From: Opitutales bacterium
Lineage (GTDB): Bacteria > Verrucomicrobiota > Verrucomicrobiia > Opitutales > UBA953
Assembly: GCA_964203605.1 (NCBI GenBank)
Contig: CAXNMQ010000007.1
Location: 5,342 to 69,341, forward strand
Length of the DNA: 64,000 nucleotides
Direction: 5' to 3'
Both the position numbers and the translations under genes were made by a program. Below, one piece after another: positions 20,246 to 30,258 of this stretch. Numbering within the stretch: position 1 is the stretch's first letter; every line of letters starts with the position of its first letter. The notes below the pieces were generated by a model. It did no database searches, was not told where the DNA came from, and was given only the letters and a program-made list of their open reading frames with translations.

Positions 20246-21084
20246 CCCTCGCCTTGCTGACCTTCGATGTCGGCGTCCCCGCGGCCTCGCCCGATGCCTT
20301 CGCTGACCGTGTCTACGCGCAGGTGCGCGAAGCTTGGGACGATGGCGCGGACCTCGTCGTGCTCCCAGAGTTCCTCTGGATGGGACTCGAACCATTCGTG
20401 GCGGATGAAGATAAGCTCCGCGGCGTGGCGCGACTCTTCTGGACGGACCTCTGGCCGCGGCTCGCCCCGCGCCTGGCGCAGGTCGACAAGGGAGTCGTGC
20501 TTGGCACCGTGCCCTTTCTCGGCCCGGACGGACTGCTGCGCAACCGCGCGCCGATCTGGGATGGCCGCGCCTTTCGTCATCAGGATAAATTGCACCTCAC
20601 GCCATGGGAAGCCGCCTTCGTCGGCGGCGACGGTGTCGGCCTCTGGTCTTTCCGCGGTGTGCGCTGCGTCGTCGTCATCTGCCTCGACGTCGAGATCCCC
20701 GAGCTCGCTTCGCTCCTGCGCGGTCAGGGCGTCGAACTCATGCTCGTACCCAGCGCGACCGAGACCCTGCTCGGGGTCGAGCGCGTGGGGCGTTGCGCTG
20801 ACGCGCGTGCGGTCGAACTCGGCTGCCACGTGGGCGTGTGCCATCTCCTTGGCCGCACTACTTCCGTGCTCATCGACGAGAACGTCGGCCGTGCGGCGGC
20901 CTTCGCGCCTTCGCAGGCCGCGTTCCGCGACGAGCCGCGTCACCTTGCCACCCCGGTCTGCACGGAAGGGGACCACGCCCTCACCGTCGACGTCGACCTC
21001 GCGCTCCTGCGCCGCCATCGCGCGACGCCCGGCGAGACCGATCCATCCAAACTCCCCGCTCGCCCACTCCGCCTCCTTACCTGA
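20233..21084 (+). CDS. carbon-nitrogen hydrolase (nitrilase superfamily)
   Basis: ORF 20173..21084; ATG at 20233 (MDRLTLALLTFDV) overlaps the GNAT gene by 13 nt. Putative Glu-Lys-Cys triad contexts: VVLPEF, RHQDKLHLTPWE, VVICLDVEIPE. Confidence 0.8.
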   Translation: MDRLTLALLTFDVGVPAASPDAFADRVYAQVREAWDDGADLVVLPEFLWMGLEPFVADEDKLRGVARLFWTDLWPRLAPRLAQVDKGVVLGTVPFLGPDGLLRNRAPIWDGRAFRHQDKLHLTPWEAAFVGGDGVGLWSFRGVRCVVVICLDVEIPELASLLRGQGVELMLVPSATETLLGVERVGRCADARAVELGCHVGVCHLLGRTTSVLIDENVGRAAAFAPSQAAFRDEPRHLATPVCTEGDHALTVDVDLALLRRHRATPGETDPSKLPARPLRLLT

Positions 21085-21088
21085 ACCC

Positions 21089-21484
21089 ATGCACCCGCTC
21101 ATCCAACAGTATTACCAGGCTTTCAACTCCGGCGACCGTGAGGCGCTGCTCGCACTCCTGCATCCCGACATCGTCCACGAGATCAACGAAGGCGGCGTCG
21201 AGGTCGGCATCCCCGCCTTCCGCGCTTTCCTCGGTCGCATGGACCGTTCCTACCGCGAGCAGGTGGAGGACTTAGTCGTCTTCGCCGGTCCAGACGCCGG
21301 CCGCGCTGCTGCCGAATTCTACATCCGTGGCGAATATCTTAAGACCGACGAAGGCCTCCCGCCCGCCACCGGACAGAAGTATCATCTGCGCGTCGGCGCC
21401 TTCTTTGAGGTCAAGGACGGCAAGGTTGCCCGCGTTTCGAATTACTATAACCTTGGCGCTTGGATGCGGATGGTCGGCGCCTGA
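21089..21484 (+). CDS. SnoaL-like / NTF2-fold protein
   Basis: C-terminal 131 aa of the 405-aa ORF 20267..21484, starting at ATG 21089: MHPLIQQYYQAFNSGDREALLALLHPDIVHE...KVARVSNYYNLGAWMRMVG. Upstream of that the ORF is out-of-frame read-through of the nitrilase gene. Confidence 0.8.
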   Translation: MHPLIQQYYQAFNSGDREALLALLHPDIVHEINEGGVEVGIPAFRAFLGRMDRSYREQVEDLVVFAGPDAGRAAAEFYIRGEYLKTDEGLPPATGQKYHLRVGAFFEVKDGKVARVSNYYNLGAWMRMVGA

Positions 21485-21649
21485 GAGGGGGTGCCCCTGT
21501 CCCGTCCCCTTTCCGGACGACATTTCTTGGTTTGTTCACGCCGTCATCGCCTCCGGGTCGGAGGATAAAGGGGGAGGCGGGCGCATTGCAGTTTGCCTCG
21601 CTTCGGCGGGGCGACTTATTTCCGGGACGACGGCAGCCCCGCCGCCCCC

Positions 21650-22630
21650 ATGAACCCCTTGCCCGCCGCCCTCCTGGTGCTGCTGCTTTCCGCTTTGGCG
21701 GAGGGCCTGCATGCCCGTCGAGTGCGGGTCGCCGCCCGGTTGGCCTTCGGCCCGGAGGGCGCCTCCCGCGGCTGGACCAAGCTGGCCCCTTTCCTGCGTT
21801 GCCTGGCAATCACGGCGTTCGCCTGGGGCTTGGCGGTGATGTGGCAGCTGCATCAAGCGGCCAAGGACGGCAAACCTGCCGACACCAAGGAGCCGGTCCG
21901 CCTGGTCTTCGTGGCCGATCTTTCACCCAGCATGTACCTTAAGGACGCGGGGCCGGAAGGGAAGCAAACCCGGCAGGAGCGGATGCGCGAAGAAGTCGAA
22001 ACCGTGCTCATGCGGGTGGGCGGAGATCTGCGTTACGGCGTCATCGGTTTCTACACCGAGGCGCATTCCGTGGTGATGGACGCCCGGGATCCGGAACTCG
22101 TCCGCAATGTCTTCAACGGCTTACCTCTTCAATATGTAATGAAGGCTGGCTCGACCGATCTCGGTACCGCTATCAATGCCGCGGTCAAGGTCGTCGATGG
22201 CCTGCCGGCGCAGACGGTGCGGCTGGTCGTTTTCACCGACGGCGACACGATTCCGCTCCAGCCGATTCTGCCGCGCCCAAAATCCGTCAAGGATGTGCTC
22301 GTGCTCGGTGTCGGTAATCCGCGCAAGGGCACCTTCATCGCGGGCCATCAGTCCCGGCAGGATGCCGAAGTGCTTGCGACGGTCGCTCGCTCCCTGCGCG
22401 GTTCCTATTTCGACGTGAACGAGAAGCATCTGCCGACCGCCGCCTTGGGCGACCTGGTCGTGCGCACGCCATTGGCGAAGTCGGGCCTCGATCTCGCCCA
22501 GTGGGCAGTGTTAGCCATGGCCCTCGGTGCCGCGCTACTCGCGCTGCTACCCGTGGCCTTGCAATATGCCGGCTCTCGTTGGCGCGTCGTCCGTCTCGAA
22601 ACCGAAGCAGGGGAGGGCGCCGCCCGATGA
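21650..22630 (+). CDS. membrane-anchored von Willebrand factor A (VWA) protein, BatA/BatB-like
   Basis: ORF 21593..22630; ATG at 21650 (MNPLPAALLVLLLSALA). TM helices at both ends. MIDAS-type DLSPS, GSTDLG and FTDGD motifs. Confidence 0.85.
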   Translation: MNPLPAALLVLLLSALAEGLHARRVRVAARLAFGPEGASRGWTKLAPFLRCLAITAFAWGLAVMWQLHQAAKDGKPADTKEPVRLVFVADLSPSMYLKDAGPEGKQTRQERMREEVETVLMRVGGDLRYGVIGFYTEAHSVVMDARDPELVRNVFNGLPLQYVMKAGSTDLGTAINAAVKVVDGLPAQTVRLVVFTDGDTIPLQPILPRPKSVKDVLVLGVGNPRKGTFIAGHQSRQDAEVLATVARSLRGSYFDVNEKHLPTAALGDLVVRTPLAKSGLDLAQWAVLAMALGAALLALLPVALQYAGSRWRVVRLETEAGEGAAR

Positions 22631-23190
22631 GGAAATTCTTCACCCTGCTCTGGCTGCTCTTCCCCGTCGGGGTGGTGTATTATCATTTCAACGAAGGCCA
22701 GGCCCAGATGGCTCGCGAGAAAGCCCGGGATCATCTCGTCGCGATCCGCGAGCTTGAGCGCGCGAAGGAGCCCGATTGGCCGACCGTCGTCGAGGAATAC
22801 GATAAGCTCGCCGCCGAACTGCCCCAAGACGAACGCCCGTCCGTCCGTCATCAGATCCGCCTCGCGAAGGCCAAGGCGAAGATCGAGATGCTCGACGTCG
22901 CCGGCGCGATCGCCGACTTGGCCCAGTTACTCAAGGAGTCGGCGGCGGTCGACGGTGAGGACGGTTCGACGACCCGCGCGATCCGTGAGACACTCGGTAA
23001 GGCCTACTTCTACGCGACCTCCTTGCTCAAGGCCAACGGGGCTACCGAGGACGAATGGCGTCCCTACGCCGAACGCACCCGTCAGGTGTTCCGCTACCTC
23101 GCCGAACACCAGGACCCCGCGGCCCTTGCCGACTACGAGAAGCGCGTCGAAGCGGAATTCACCCGCTCCGTCCGCCAGAATAACTTATGA
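22627..23190 (+). CDS. hypothetical membrane-anchored helical (TPR-like?) protein, BatC-position
   Basis: ATG at 22627 overlaps the upstream stop (ATGA). MRKFFTLLWLLFPVGVVYYHF TM helix followed by an about 160-aa helical, charged region. Confidence 0.7.
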   Translation: MRKFFTLLWLLFPVGVVYYHFNEGQAQMAREKARDHLVAIRELERAKEPDWPTVVEEYDKLAAELPQDERPSVRHQIRLAKAKAKIEMLDVAGAIADLAQLLKESAAVDGEDGSTTRAIRETLGKAYFYATSLLKANGATEDEWRPYAERTRQVFRYLAEHQDPAALADYEKRVEAEFTRSVRQNNL

Positions 23191-23945
23191 AGACCCACCT
23201 TCTCCTTTGCGCCATCGGCGCCTTTGCCTTCGCCCAGGAAGCGCCCGCTCCGTCCGCGGTCGAAGGCGTGCGCGGCGTCCGCCAGGAAGGCTCCGGCAAG
23301 GTGAAGGAGATTGATCCCGCTGCGAAGAACGTCGCCCCTACCACTGTGCAGGGCGTCGATAAGGTCGACGGCGTGAAGGCGCCCGGTGGGGCCAAGGCCG
23401 TGAAACAAACGCCGCCGCCGACTTCCGTCACCGAAGGTGCGAAGCCTGTCGCGGGCGCCGGCACGAAAGCCACGCCGCCTCCGCCCTCCCCGAAGGGCGT
23501 CGAGGGCGTTGAGGGCGTGAAGCCCCCTGAAGGCGTCAAGGGTGCCGGTACCAAGGGGACGCCGCCTCCGCCTGCCCCGAAGGGCGTTGAAGGCGTTAAA
23601 GGCATGAAACCGCCGGAAGCCGTTAAAGGCGCGGGCACGAAGGCTACGCCACCGCCTCCGCCCGCCAAGGGACTCGCGGGCGTCAAGGGCGTGAAGCCGC
23701 CCGAAGGCGTGAAGCCCGCCGCTGGCGGCATCAAGCCCGTCGAAGGCGTCACCGGCATCGGCGCCGGCAAGCAGCAGAATCTCGAAGCCGCCCTCCAGGT
23801 CCAACCCGCTGGTAAGCCCGAGCCAAAGAAGGCGAAGGCCGCCGCCGCGCTCCTCGGCGGACCCGAGCCCAAGGGCAAGCCCACCAAGCAGGACGACCGC
23901 AAGCTCTTCGAGGAGATCAAGAAGATCCCCGACAACGGTTCCTGA
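23187..23945 (+). CDS. secreted Lys/Pro/Gly/Val-rich repeat protein
   Basis: 252-aa ORF with ATG at 23187 overlapping the upstream stop (ATGA). Signal peptide MKTHLLLCAIGAFAFAQE. Three tandem 29-aa units GAGTK(A/G)TPPPP.PKG(V/L).GV.G.KPPE.VK. Confidence 0.75.
   Translation: MKTHLLLCAIGAFAFAQEAPAPSAVEGVRGVRQEGSGKVKEIDPAAKNVAPTTVQGVDKVDGVKAPGGAKAVKQTPPPTSVTEGAKPVAGAGTKATPPPPSPKGVEGVEGVKPPEGVKGAGTKGTPPPPAPKGVEGVKGMKPPEAVKGAGTKATPPPPPAKGLAGVKGVKPPEGVKPAAGGIKPVEGVTGIGAGKQQNLEAALQVQPAGKPEPKKAKAAAALLGGPEPKGKPTKQDDRKLFEEIKKIPDNGS
23454..23714 (+). repeat. 3 x 87-nt in-frame tandem repeat inside the repeat-protein gene
   Basis: Protein-level units GAGTKATPPPPSPKGVEGVEGVKPPEGVK / GAGTKGTPPPPAPKGVEGVKGMKPPEAVK / GAGTKATPPPPPAKGLAGVKGVKPPEGVK, read directly from ORF 23187..23945. 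Confidence 0.85.
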
Positions 23946-23974
23946 GCACCCACATTTTCTAAACAACAAATATC

Positions 23975-26900
23975 ATGAGACTCCTCCGTCCGTTCCTCTG
24001 CGCCGCCCTCGTGCTCGCGGCGACCTTACCCGCCCAGCAGGCTGCGCCGCTCGACGCCAAGACTCAGCAGCAGTATGAGCGTCTGCTGCGCCATCGCTAT
24101 ACCCGTGACCTCACCGAGGTCTTTGCCGCGATGGAAAAATCGGCCAAGGCCGATGCCCGCGCGAACGCTGACACCCGCTTCCTCTCCGCCTTCCGCCTGG
24201 GCGACTGGGCGCAGGTGCGGGCCGAGCTCGCCTCGCTGCCGCCCGAACTCGGTCGCGGTATCTACGACAAGATACTCACCGACCTCGCCGAGCGCCCGAA
24301 GAACGGCGTCCGCATCGAGGATGTCTTCGCCCTCGCCGATGCCGCGCCTGGTGAACTCACCGACCTCGAGCTCCGCAAGATCGGGCAGATGCTCGGCCAG
24401 GTCGTCTCACCCAACGAAAGTTTCTGGATCGCCGAGCGGATGTCCCGTGGTACCGAGAAACTGGGCGGCAAGGATCCCGCTCGTCGGCTTGCTGCGGGCC
24501 GCGTCCTGCTCGCCGGCGGCTTCCGTGATCTCGCGAAGGCTTACCTCCCTGATGGCGTCGAGTTGGATAAGGTCGCTGACGAAGGCCTTCGCCAGGAGAT
24601 CGCCGCCTTCCTCGCCGCCGAACAGGCCACCGAGCTCGCCCAGCGCGACCAGATCTCGCGCATTTGGAATGACAACGTGGCCATCCTCCGTTCCGAGAAG
24701 AAGGTCAACGACTGGGAGAAGAGTAAGGCCGCTGGCGAGATGCTCCGCGTGCTCACGCAGGTCTCACCCGCCGTGCTGAGCGGCACGTTTGCCGACCTGA
24801 TGAAGTCCCAGCCCGAGGCCGCCCTTAAGATTGTCGGCGGACTTTCGCGCAAGATCCAGAACGAGACGCAGGCCGCCGCCGCGCAGCGCATCGACAATCT
24901 TCGTGCGCAGACCGTCCTCGCCAACCTCATCGCGGAGAGTCCCGACGCCGGCTCGGAGCCGTGGAAGCAGATCCTCACGCTCATGGCCGAATCCTGGATG
25001 AGCGAGGTCGAGAATTCCTTCAGCCGCCAGGCCGGCGTGCCCCGTCGTGGCGGCAGCAGCCGTAATGGCTCCAGCGAGATCGACCCGGAAGAGATGCTGC
25101 TGCTCGCCCCCGCGGGCAAGTGGGTTGCGGTCTTGCCGGCCGACCTTCGCGACCGCTTCGACGCCAGTCTCGCCCGCGCCATCATCGTGAGCGCTAATTT
25201 CGAGATGGCCGCCGACCGCATCGTCGAGCTCGCCCAGCCGTCGTCCGGCCGCCGGCGTGGCCCTCGCCGAAGACTTCCTGCTCGCTTGGGGGCAGGCGCA
25301 CAATCCCCAGCTTCCGCAGGAACTTCGTGCCCGTTATGGCCTACCCGAGGACGCCCGTATCCCCATCACCCCGGTGATGATGGAGCGCAACATCGACTCT
25401 CTCGCCCGCATGATGGAGGTCTTCCGCAAGGCCGGCGTCGCCCCGCGCGACGAGAGTAAGGTGGTCAACGCCTTCGACCTGGCCTACAGCAACGCCGAGG
25501 CCTACCGCGACTCGCACATCGAGCGCGTCTTCGGTCCGACCGCCAAGATGGATGAGCGGGTATTCTTCCTGCTCGCCCAGAAGATGCACTCTAATCTCGG
25601 TGACCGCTGGCGCCGGGCGGACATCCAGCGCGGTAGCCTGACCCGTCGCAACGAGGCTCAGACCTATTTGATGGCCGAAGCCGGTTACGCTTCGCTGCTC
25701 AAGATGATCGACGAGTGGCAGGCGAGCCGGCCCGACGCCTATAAGGCGATCCTCCTTGGCGCGGTCGTCCTCAACGACTGGTCCGATTTCGAAAGCTTCC
25801 AGGACTTGGCTCCGCTCGAGCCAGCCAAACGCCTCGTCGCCGCTAAGGAGAAGACGCTGCAGTCGCAGGACTACTTCCAGCGCGCCGCCGCGGCCTATGG
25901 CCGTCAAGTCGTCCGCTTGCAGGGCAACGAGCTGACCATCGACCCTTACCTCACTTGGTTCAACGCTGTCCTCGGCATCGGCAGCACCGGCCAGGTCAAC
26001 CTCGGCCGCCCGATGAACCGCGCGGCCCTCGGCCATATCCGCGCCGCCATCCTCGCACTACCAGGCAAGATGGCGCCCACTCACATGGGTCAGCTGGCGA
26101 AGTCGCTCAATAGCCGCCTCAACGATACCAACAATCCTTTGCATGAGGACCTGAAGTATCGCTACCTCGCGAGCACGCTCGTGGTCACCAAGGACGACCC
26201 GTTCTCCCTCGGCCTGAAGAAGCGCTCCGACTACCTCGACGAGCTCTTGAGTGAGATCCGCGTCCAGACGCAGGTCGACGGCCCTAACACGGTGGGCGTC
26301 GGACAGGAGTTCGGCATCATCTTGAGCGTCGTGCACACCGAAGCCATGGGCCGCGTGGCCCGCTTCGGCCAGTATCTCAGCAACGATGCCATCGCCATCG
26401 CGGCCGCCTCGAAGCGCCGTGGTCCGCAGGTGGCCAAGGGACCGGAGCCACAGGGGCCGCGCGATGAATTCGAGAAGAAGCTCACCGAAGGCCTCTCGCC
26501 GTTCTTCGATATCCGTTCGATCACCTTCGCCGCGCCCGACGTGAAGTCGCGTCCGACCGCCCGACCGGGCTGGGAGGAGACTCCGCTCGCCTACGTGCTC
26601 GTCCGCGCGAAGGACGCCAGCGTCGACAAGATCCCGCCGGTGCAGATGGAGCTTCGCTTCATCGACCTCAGCGGGCCGGTGACGATTCCCGCCACTTCCG
26701 CCGAGACGCTGCTCAAGGTCGCCTCTGGTAAACCGTCGCCACGGCCTGCCGACAAGGTCGAGGTCACGCAGACCCTCGACACGCGCCAGTTCGCGATCAA
26801 TGGCTCGCTGAGCCTAGAAGTCGCTGCGACCGCCTCTGGCCTCGTACCCGAACTCGAAGACCTGCTTGACCTGTCCCCGCTCGCCGCTGTCGCGAAAGTC

Positions 26901-27512
26901 CGGCAAGTGACGTCAATTGACCCGCTGATGGTGAAGGAACTCAACACGTGGGGAGAGAAGGTGGCCCCGCGTACCGAGCGCCGCTGGTCGATCACTGTCG
27001 ATGGCGATGCCATCCGCGCGGCGGACAAGGCGACCGACGTGCCGTTCCCGACAGTCAAGGCCGCAAACACGACTACCGTCTGGCGTACCTACCAGGACAT
27101 CGATCCGGTCGTGCTCTCCAAAGCCTCTGTCCTGCTCGATCGCGTCAAGGTCGCCCAAGGCGCTGGCTACGTTCCTCCGGTCGCCGAAGACTATTCCGCA
27201 TACCTCTACGTCGGCCTCGCCGCCGTGACGGCGTTCGTCGTCTGGATTACCCTCCGTAAGCGTGACACTGGGCCGCGTCCTCCTCGCGCCCGCGATGTCT
27301 TCAAGTTGCCGGCCACGGTCGACGGTTTCTCCGTCGTCGCCTTGTTGCGCAAACTGGGAGCCAGCCCGCTGGTAAAGTTCACCGCTGCGCAGAAGTCTGA
27401 GCTGCAGCAGGACATTGAGCGCGTGCAGACGGGCTGCTTCGGCGGCACGGCCACACTGTCGCCCGCCGACCTGAAGACCGTCGCGGAAAAATGGCTCCGC
27501 CAACTCCGCTGA
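23975..27512 (+). pseudogene. about 1,180-aa secreted/membrane-anchored protein of unknown function (BatD-position), one +1 frame break at about 25238-25255
   Basis: ORF 23975..25459 (signal peptide MRLLRPFLCAALVLAATLPAQQ) and ORF 25257..27512 join around ...ADRIVELAQP|..AAGVALAEDFLLAWGQAHNP (frame 2 to 0). C-terminal TM helix YLYVGLAAVTAFVVWITL followed by an about 85-aa tail. Confidence 0.72.
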
Positions 27513-27527
27513 ACCTTGCCTGATGTT

Positions 27528-27553
27528 CCTACCCCTATCCCTAACCCAACCCC
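27528..27553 (+). repeat. C3-tract motif (cctaCCCCtatCCCtaaCCCaaCCCC) 8 nt upstream of the MoxR start codon
   Basis: Read directly from the sequence. The track ORF start (TTG 27516) translates this motif as PDVPTPIPNPTPL, which is unlikely to be coding. Confidence 0.7.
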
Positions 27554-27560
27554 TTTAAAA

Positions 27561-28556
27561 ATGAACAACCCTCCTAATCCCGCGGCCGTGCAGGCCGCCC
27601 ACCAGTTCGTCGCCGACGTCCGTACGCGCGTCGGTAAGGTCGTCGTCGGCCAGGACGTCGTCGTCGAGCGCGTCATGATCGCGCTCCTCACCGGCGGCCA
27701 CCTGCTCTTGCAGGGGATGCCCGGCCTAGCGAAGACGCTCCTCGTGAACACCGTCGCCAAGGCCATCGACTTGGATTTCCGTCGCATCCAGTTCACGGTC
27801 GACATGCTGCCGTCCGACATCGTCGGCTCCGAAGTCGTCGACCAGAAGTCGGGCGACTTCCGTATCCACCGCGGCCCGGTCTTCACGAACCTGCTCCTCG
27901 CCGACGAAATCAACCGCGCCGCGCCGAAGGTGCAGGGCGCGATGCTCGAAGCCATGCAGGAGCGTAAGGTGACCCTCGGTGGCCAGACGATGCGCCTGCC
28001 GACCCCGTTCCTCGTTATCGCGACGCAGAACCCCGTCGAGCAATCCGGCACCTTTGAACTGCCGGAAGCGCAGCTTGACCGTTTCATGCTCCTCCACCGC
28101 CTGGGTTATCCCGGTCGCGACGAGGAGCAGGACATCCTCCAGCGCCAGCTCGGCATGGGCCTGCGCAAGGAAGAGGGCGGGGCGGTCCCGAAGACGGCCT
28201 TCGACATGATCGACGACTCGCCGGTCGGTACCAAGGCCGACCTCGTCGCCGCGATGGAAGCCGTCCAAGGCGTCCACGTGAGCGAGGTCTTCCTCCGCCA
28301 TTCCGTCGAGCTCGTGCGTCGCACGCGCGAATCCAAGGACCTCGACTTCGGTTGCAGTCCGCGCGCCGGCCTCGCCCTCGTCAACGCCGCCCGCGCCCGT
28401 GCGATCATCCGTGGTCGTGATTACGTCACCCCGGAAGATCTCTTCGATCTCGCCGAGGACGTCGTCCTGCACCGTGTCCGCGTGAGCTATGAAGCCGCGG
28501 CGGCGGGCCAGACGAGCGCCAAGGTGCTGGCATCAATCCTCTCCGGATTAGGCTGA
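27561..28556 (+). CDS. MoxR-family AAA+ ATPase
   Basis: ORF 27516..28556 (TTG); in-frame ATG at 27561 (MNNPPNPAAV). Walker A GMPGLAKT, Walker B LLADEINRA, ATQNP, sensor and LDRF blocks typical of MoxR/AAA_3. Confidence 0.92.
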   Translation: MNNPPNPAAVQAAHQFVADVRTRVGKVVVGQDVVVERVMIALLTGGHLLLQGMPGLAKTLLVNTVAKAIDLDFRRIQFTVDMLPSDIVGSEVVDQKSGDFRIHRGPVFTNLLLADEINRAAPKVQGAMLEAMQERKVTLGGQTMRLPTPFLVIATQNPVEQSGTFELPEAQLDRFMLLHRLGYPGRDEEQDILQRQLGMGLRKEEGGAVPKTAFDMIDDSPVGTKADLVAAMEAVQGVHVSEVFLRHSVELVRRTRESKDLDFGCSPRAGLALVNAARARAIIRGRDYVTPEDLFDLAEDVVLHRVRVSYEAAAAGQTSAKVLASILSGLG

Positions 28557-28560
28557 ACCG

Positions 28561-29424
28561 ATGCTTCGTCCGCGAACATTGCCTCACGATCCGGTCGACA
28601 GCCGGCAGTTCGAAGTCGCCGTCCGGCGGCTCGCGAACAGCCTGGACTTCGGCCAGCGTGATTCCGTGTTCCATGGCGCCGGCCTGGAGTATGTTCAGTC
28701 CCGTCCGTATGTCGCCGGCGACGCCGTCAAGTTCATCGACTGGAAGATCTCGGCGCGCCTCGGCAAGCTGTACGTCAAGGAGTTCAAGGAGACCAAACAG
28801 ATCCCGCTGTATCTCCTGCTCGATACCTCGGCTTCCATGTGCGTGTCCTCCCAGCCCCTGAGCAAGTATGCCTGGGCGGTGCGCGTGGCCACTGGCATCG
28901 GCTTGGCTGCCCAATCGTCGGTCACGCCCGTCGGCTTGCTCGGTTGCGGTGCCCGCGAACTGCATATCCGGCCGACGCTCTCGCGTAATATCGTCATGGA
29001 GTGGGCCCATCAATTGCGTCAGCACGATTTCACTGAAGTCACGTCGCTGTCGGCGCGCGCCCGTGAACTCGCGCCTTCCCTCGCCAAGCGTACGACCGTC
29101 ATCGTGCTGAGCGACCTGCACGATTCGGATGCCATTGCGGCGCTGCAGGTACTCTCCCAGCGGAACGATTGCATCGTCCTGCATTTCGAAGACCCCGCCG
29201 AGCAGGGTTTGCGTGGCGCGGGTATCATCCGCGGCGTTGAAGCTGAGTCGGGCCGCGGCTTCGTCGGCTTGGGCGGACGTCGCCAGGTCGACTCTTCTGG
29301 GTGGAAGGCCGAGCTCAGTCGCTTCGGTATCGATTACCTCCATCTGCGCACCGACGAACCGATCCTCGGTAAGCTGACCTACTTCCTCAAGAACCGCGGC
29401 TTCGCCAGCCGGACCGCCCGCTGA
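28561..29424 (+). CDS. DUF58 domain protein (MoxR partner)
   Basis: 287-aa ORF with ATG at 28561, 4 nt after MoxR. Blocks: GLEYVQSRPYVAGDAVKFIDWKISARLGKLYVKEF, LLLDTSASM. Confidence 0.9.
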   Translation: MLRPRTLPHDPVDSRQFEVAVRRLANSLDFGQRDSVFHGAGLEYVQSRPYVAGDAVKFIDWKISARLGKLYVKEFKETKQIPLYLLLDTSASMCVSSQPLSKYAWAVRVATGIGLAAQSSVTPVGLLGCGARELHIRPTLSRNIVMEWAHQLRQHDFTEVTSLSARARELAPSLAKRTTVIVLSDLHDSDAIAALQVLSQRNDCIVLHFEDPAEQGLRGAGIIRGVEAESGRGFVGLGGRRQVDSSGWKAELSRFGIDYLHLRTDEPILGKLTYFLKNRGFASRTAR

Positions 29425-29426
29425 CC

Positions 29427-29735
29427 ATGGCCGCGTCGAAGACATCGTTCCGCGTCTGGCTCCTCCGGGGGCTGGCCGTGCTTGCGGTCATCGTCGCTGG
29501 CTGGTGGTTCCTGCAGCAGGAGGATAATCTGAAGGTGCCGCTCGGCGTCGAGCAGGCCGCCATCATCACTTACAGCGGCCCGGGGCTCATCGTGAAGCCG
29601 TTCCGTTACGGTGTGGCCGTGAACGTACGCATCGCCCAGGTGACCGAGCACAGCGGCGCCAAGGTCTACGACGTCCGCTACCTCGTGAACCGCGAGGGCG
29701 AGCATGACCTCATTGCAGTATCTCATGTCCGATAA
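29427..29735 (+). CDS. hypothetical membrane protein (possibly the N-terminal part of the next ORF)
   Basis: 102-aa ORF with ATG at 29427, 2 nt after DUF58. TM helix LLRGLAVLAVIVAGWWF. Overlaps the next ORF by 32 nt in the +1 frame. Confidence 0.55.
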   Translation: MAASKTSFRVWLLRGLAVLAVIVAGWWFLQQEDNLKVPLGVEQAAIITYSGPGLIVKPFRYGVAVNVRIAQVTEHSGAKVYDVRYLVNREGEHDLIAVSHVR

Positions 29736-30258
29736 CGGCGGTGCCCTGAGCGGTTTGCCGTCGTTCAAGGTGATGGGTGATCCGAAACTATCGAAGGAAC
29801 TCGAAGCCCGGGTGAAGGAGACTGAGGACATCGGGATTGAGGTGCGCGGGCATTATCAGGCGACGCTCGTGGCGCTCGCCGTCTTTTGGATTCTTTGGCT
29901 GTTCGCACTCATCTTCTGGCGCCGCCCGAAGAAGCCCGTTCCGGTCCCCGTGAAGCCCCCGCTCAGTTTGGCCGAACAGCTCCGCCTGCTCCTGGGCGAA
30001 CTTGAACAAGGGGGACTCTCCGCTGAGCAGAAGGCCCGACTCGAGATGCTTCTGCTGCGTTGCTGGCGCGAAGGGCTCGTCCCCGCCGATGCCCCCATGG
30101 CCGACGTCTTGGCCGCCATCGCCCGCGGTGAACGAACCGGCGAGGCCTTGGATCATCTCCAGCGCTGGCTCCATCGCCCCGGCTCCGGCGTCGCTGACGC
30201 CGAGATCGCCACGATCATCCGCCAGCACCTTCCGGCCCCCGAGGCCGTCCGCCCATGA
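29704..30258 (+). CDS. hypothetical membrane protein, DUF4381-like (TM helix followed by RRPKK and a helical tail)
   Basis: 184-aa ORF. LVALAVFWILWLFALIFWRRPKKP then LSLAEQLRLLLGELEQGG... Position between DUF58 and BatA matches the DUF4381 slot of Bat operons. Confidence 0.6.
   Translation: MTSLQYLMSDNGGALSGLPSFKVMGDPKLSKELEARVKETEDIGIEVRGHYQATLVALAVFWILWLFALIFWRRPKKPVPVPVKPPLSLAEQLRLLLGELEQGGLSAEQKARLEMLLLRCWREGLVPADAPMADVLAAIARGERTGEALDHLQRWLHRPGSGVADAEIATIIRQHLPAPEAVRP

Noticed and set aside
20267-21088. N-terminal 270 aa of the 405-aa ORF 20267..21484.
   Set aside because: This part is an out-of-frame overlap of the nitrilase-superfamily gene (Ser/Arg/Pro-rich nonsense). Only the part from ATG 21089 (SnoaL-like) looks coding.
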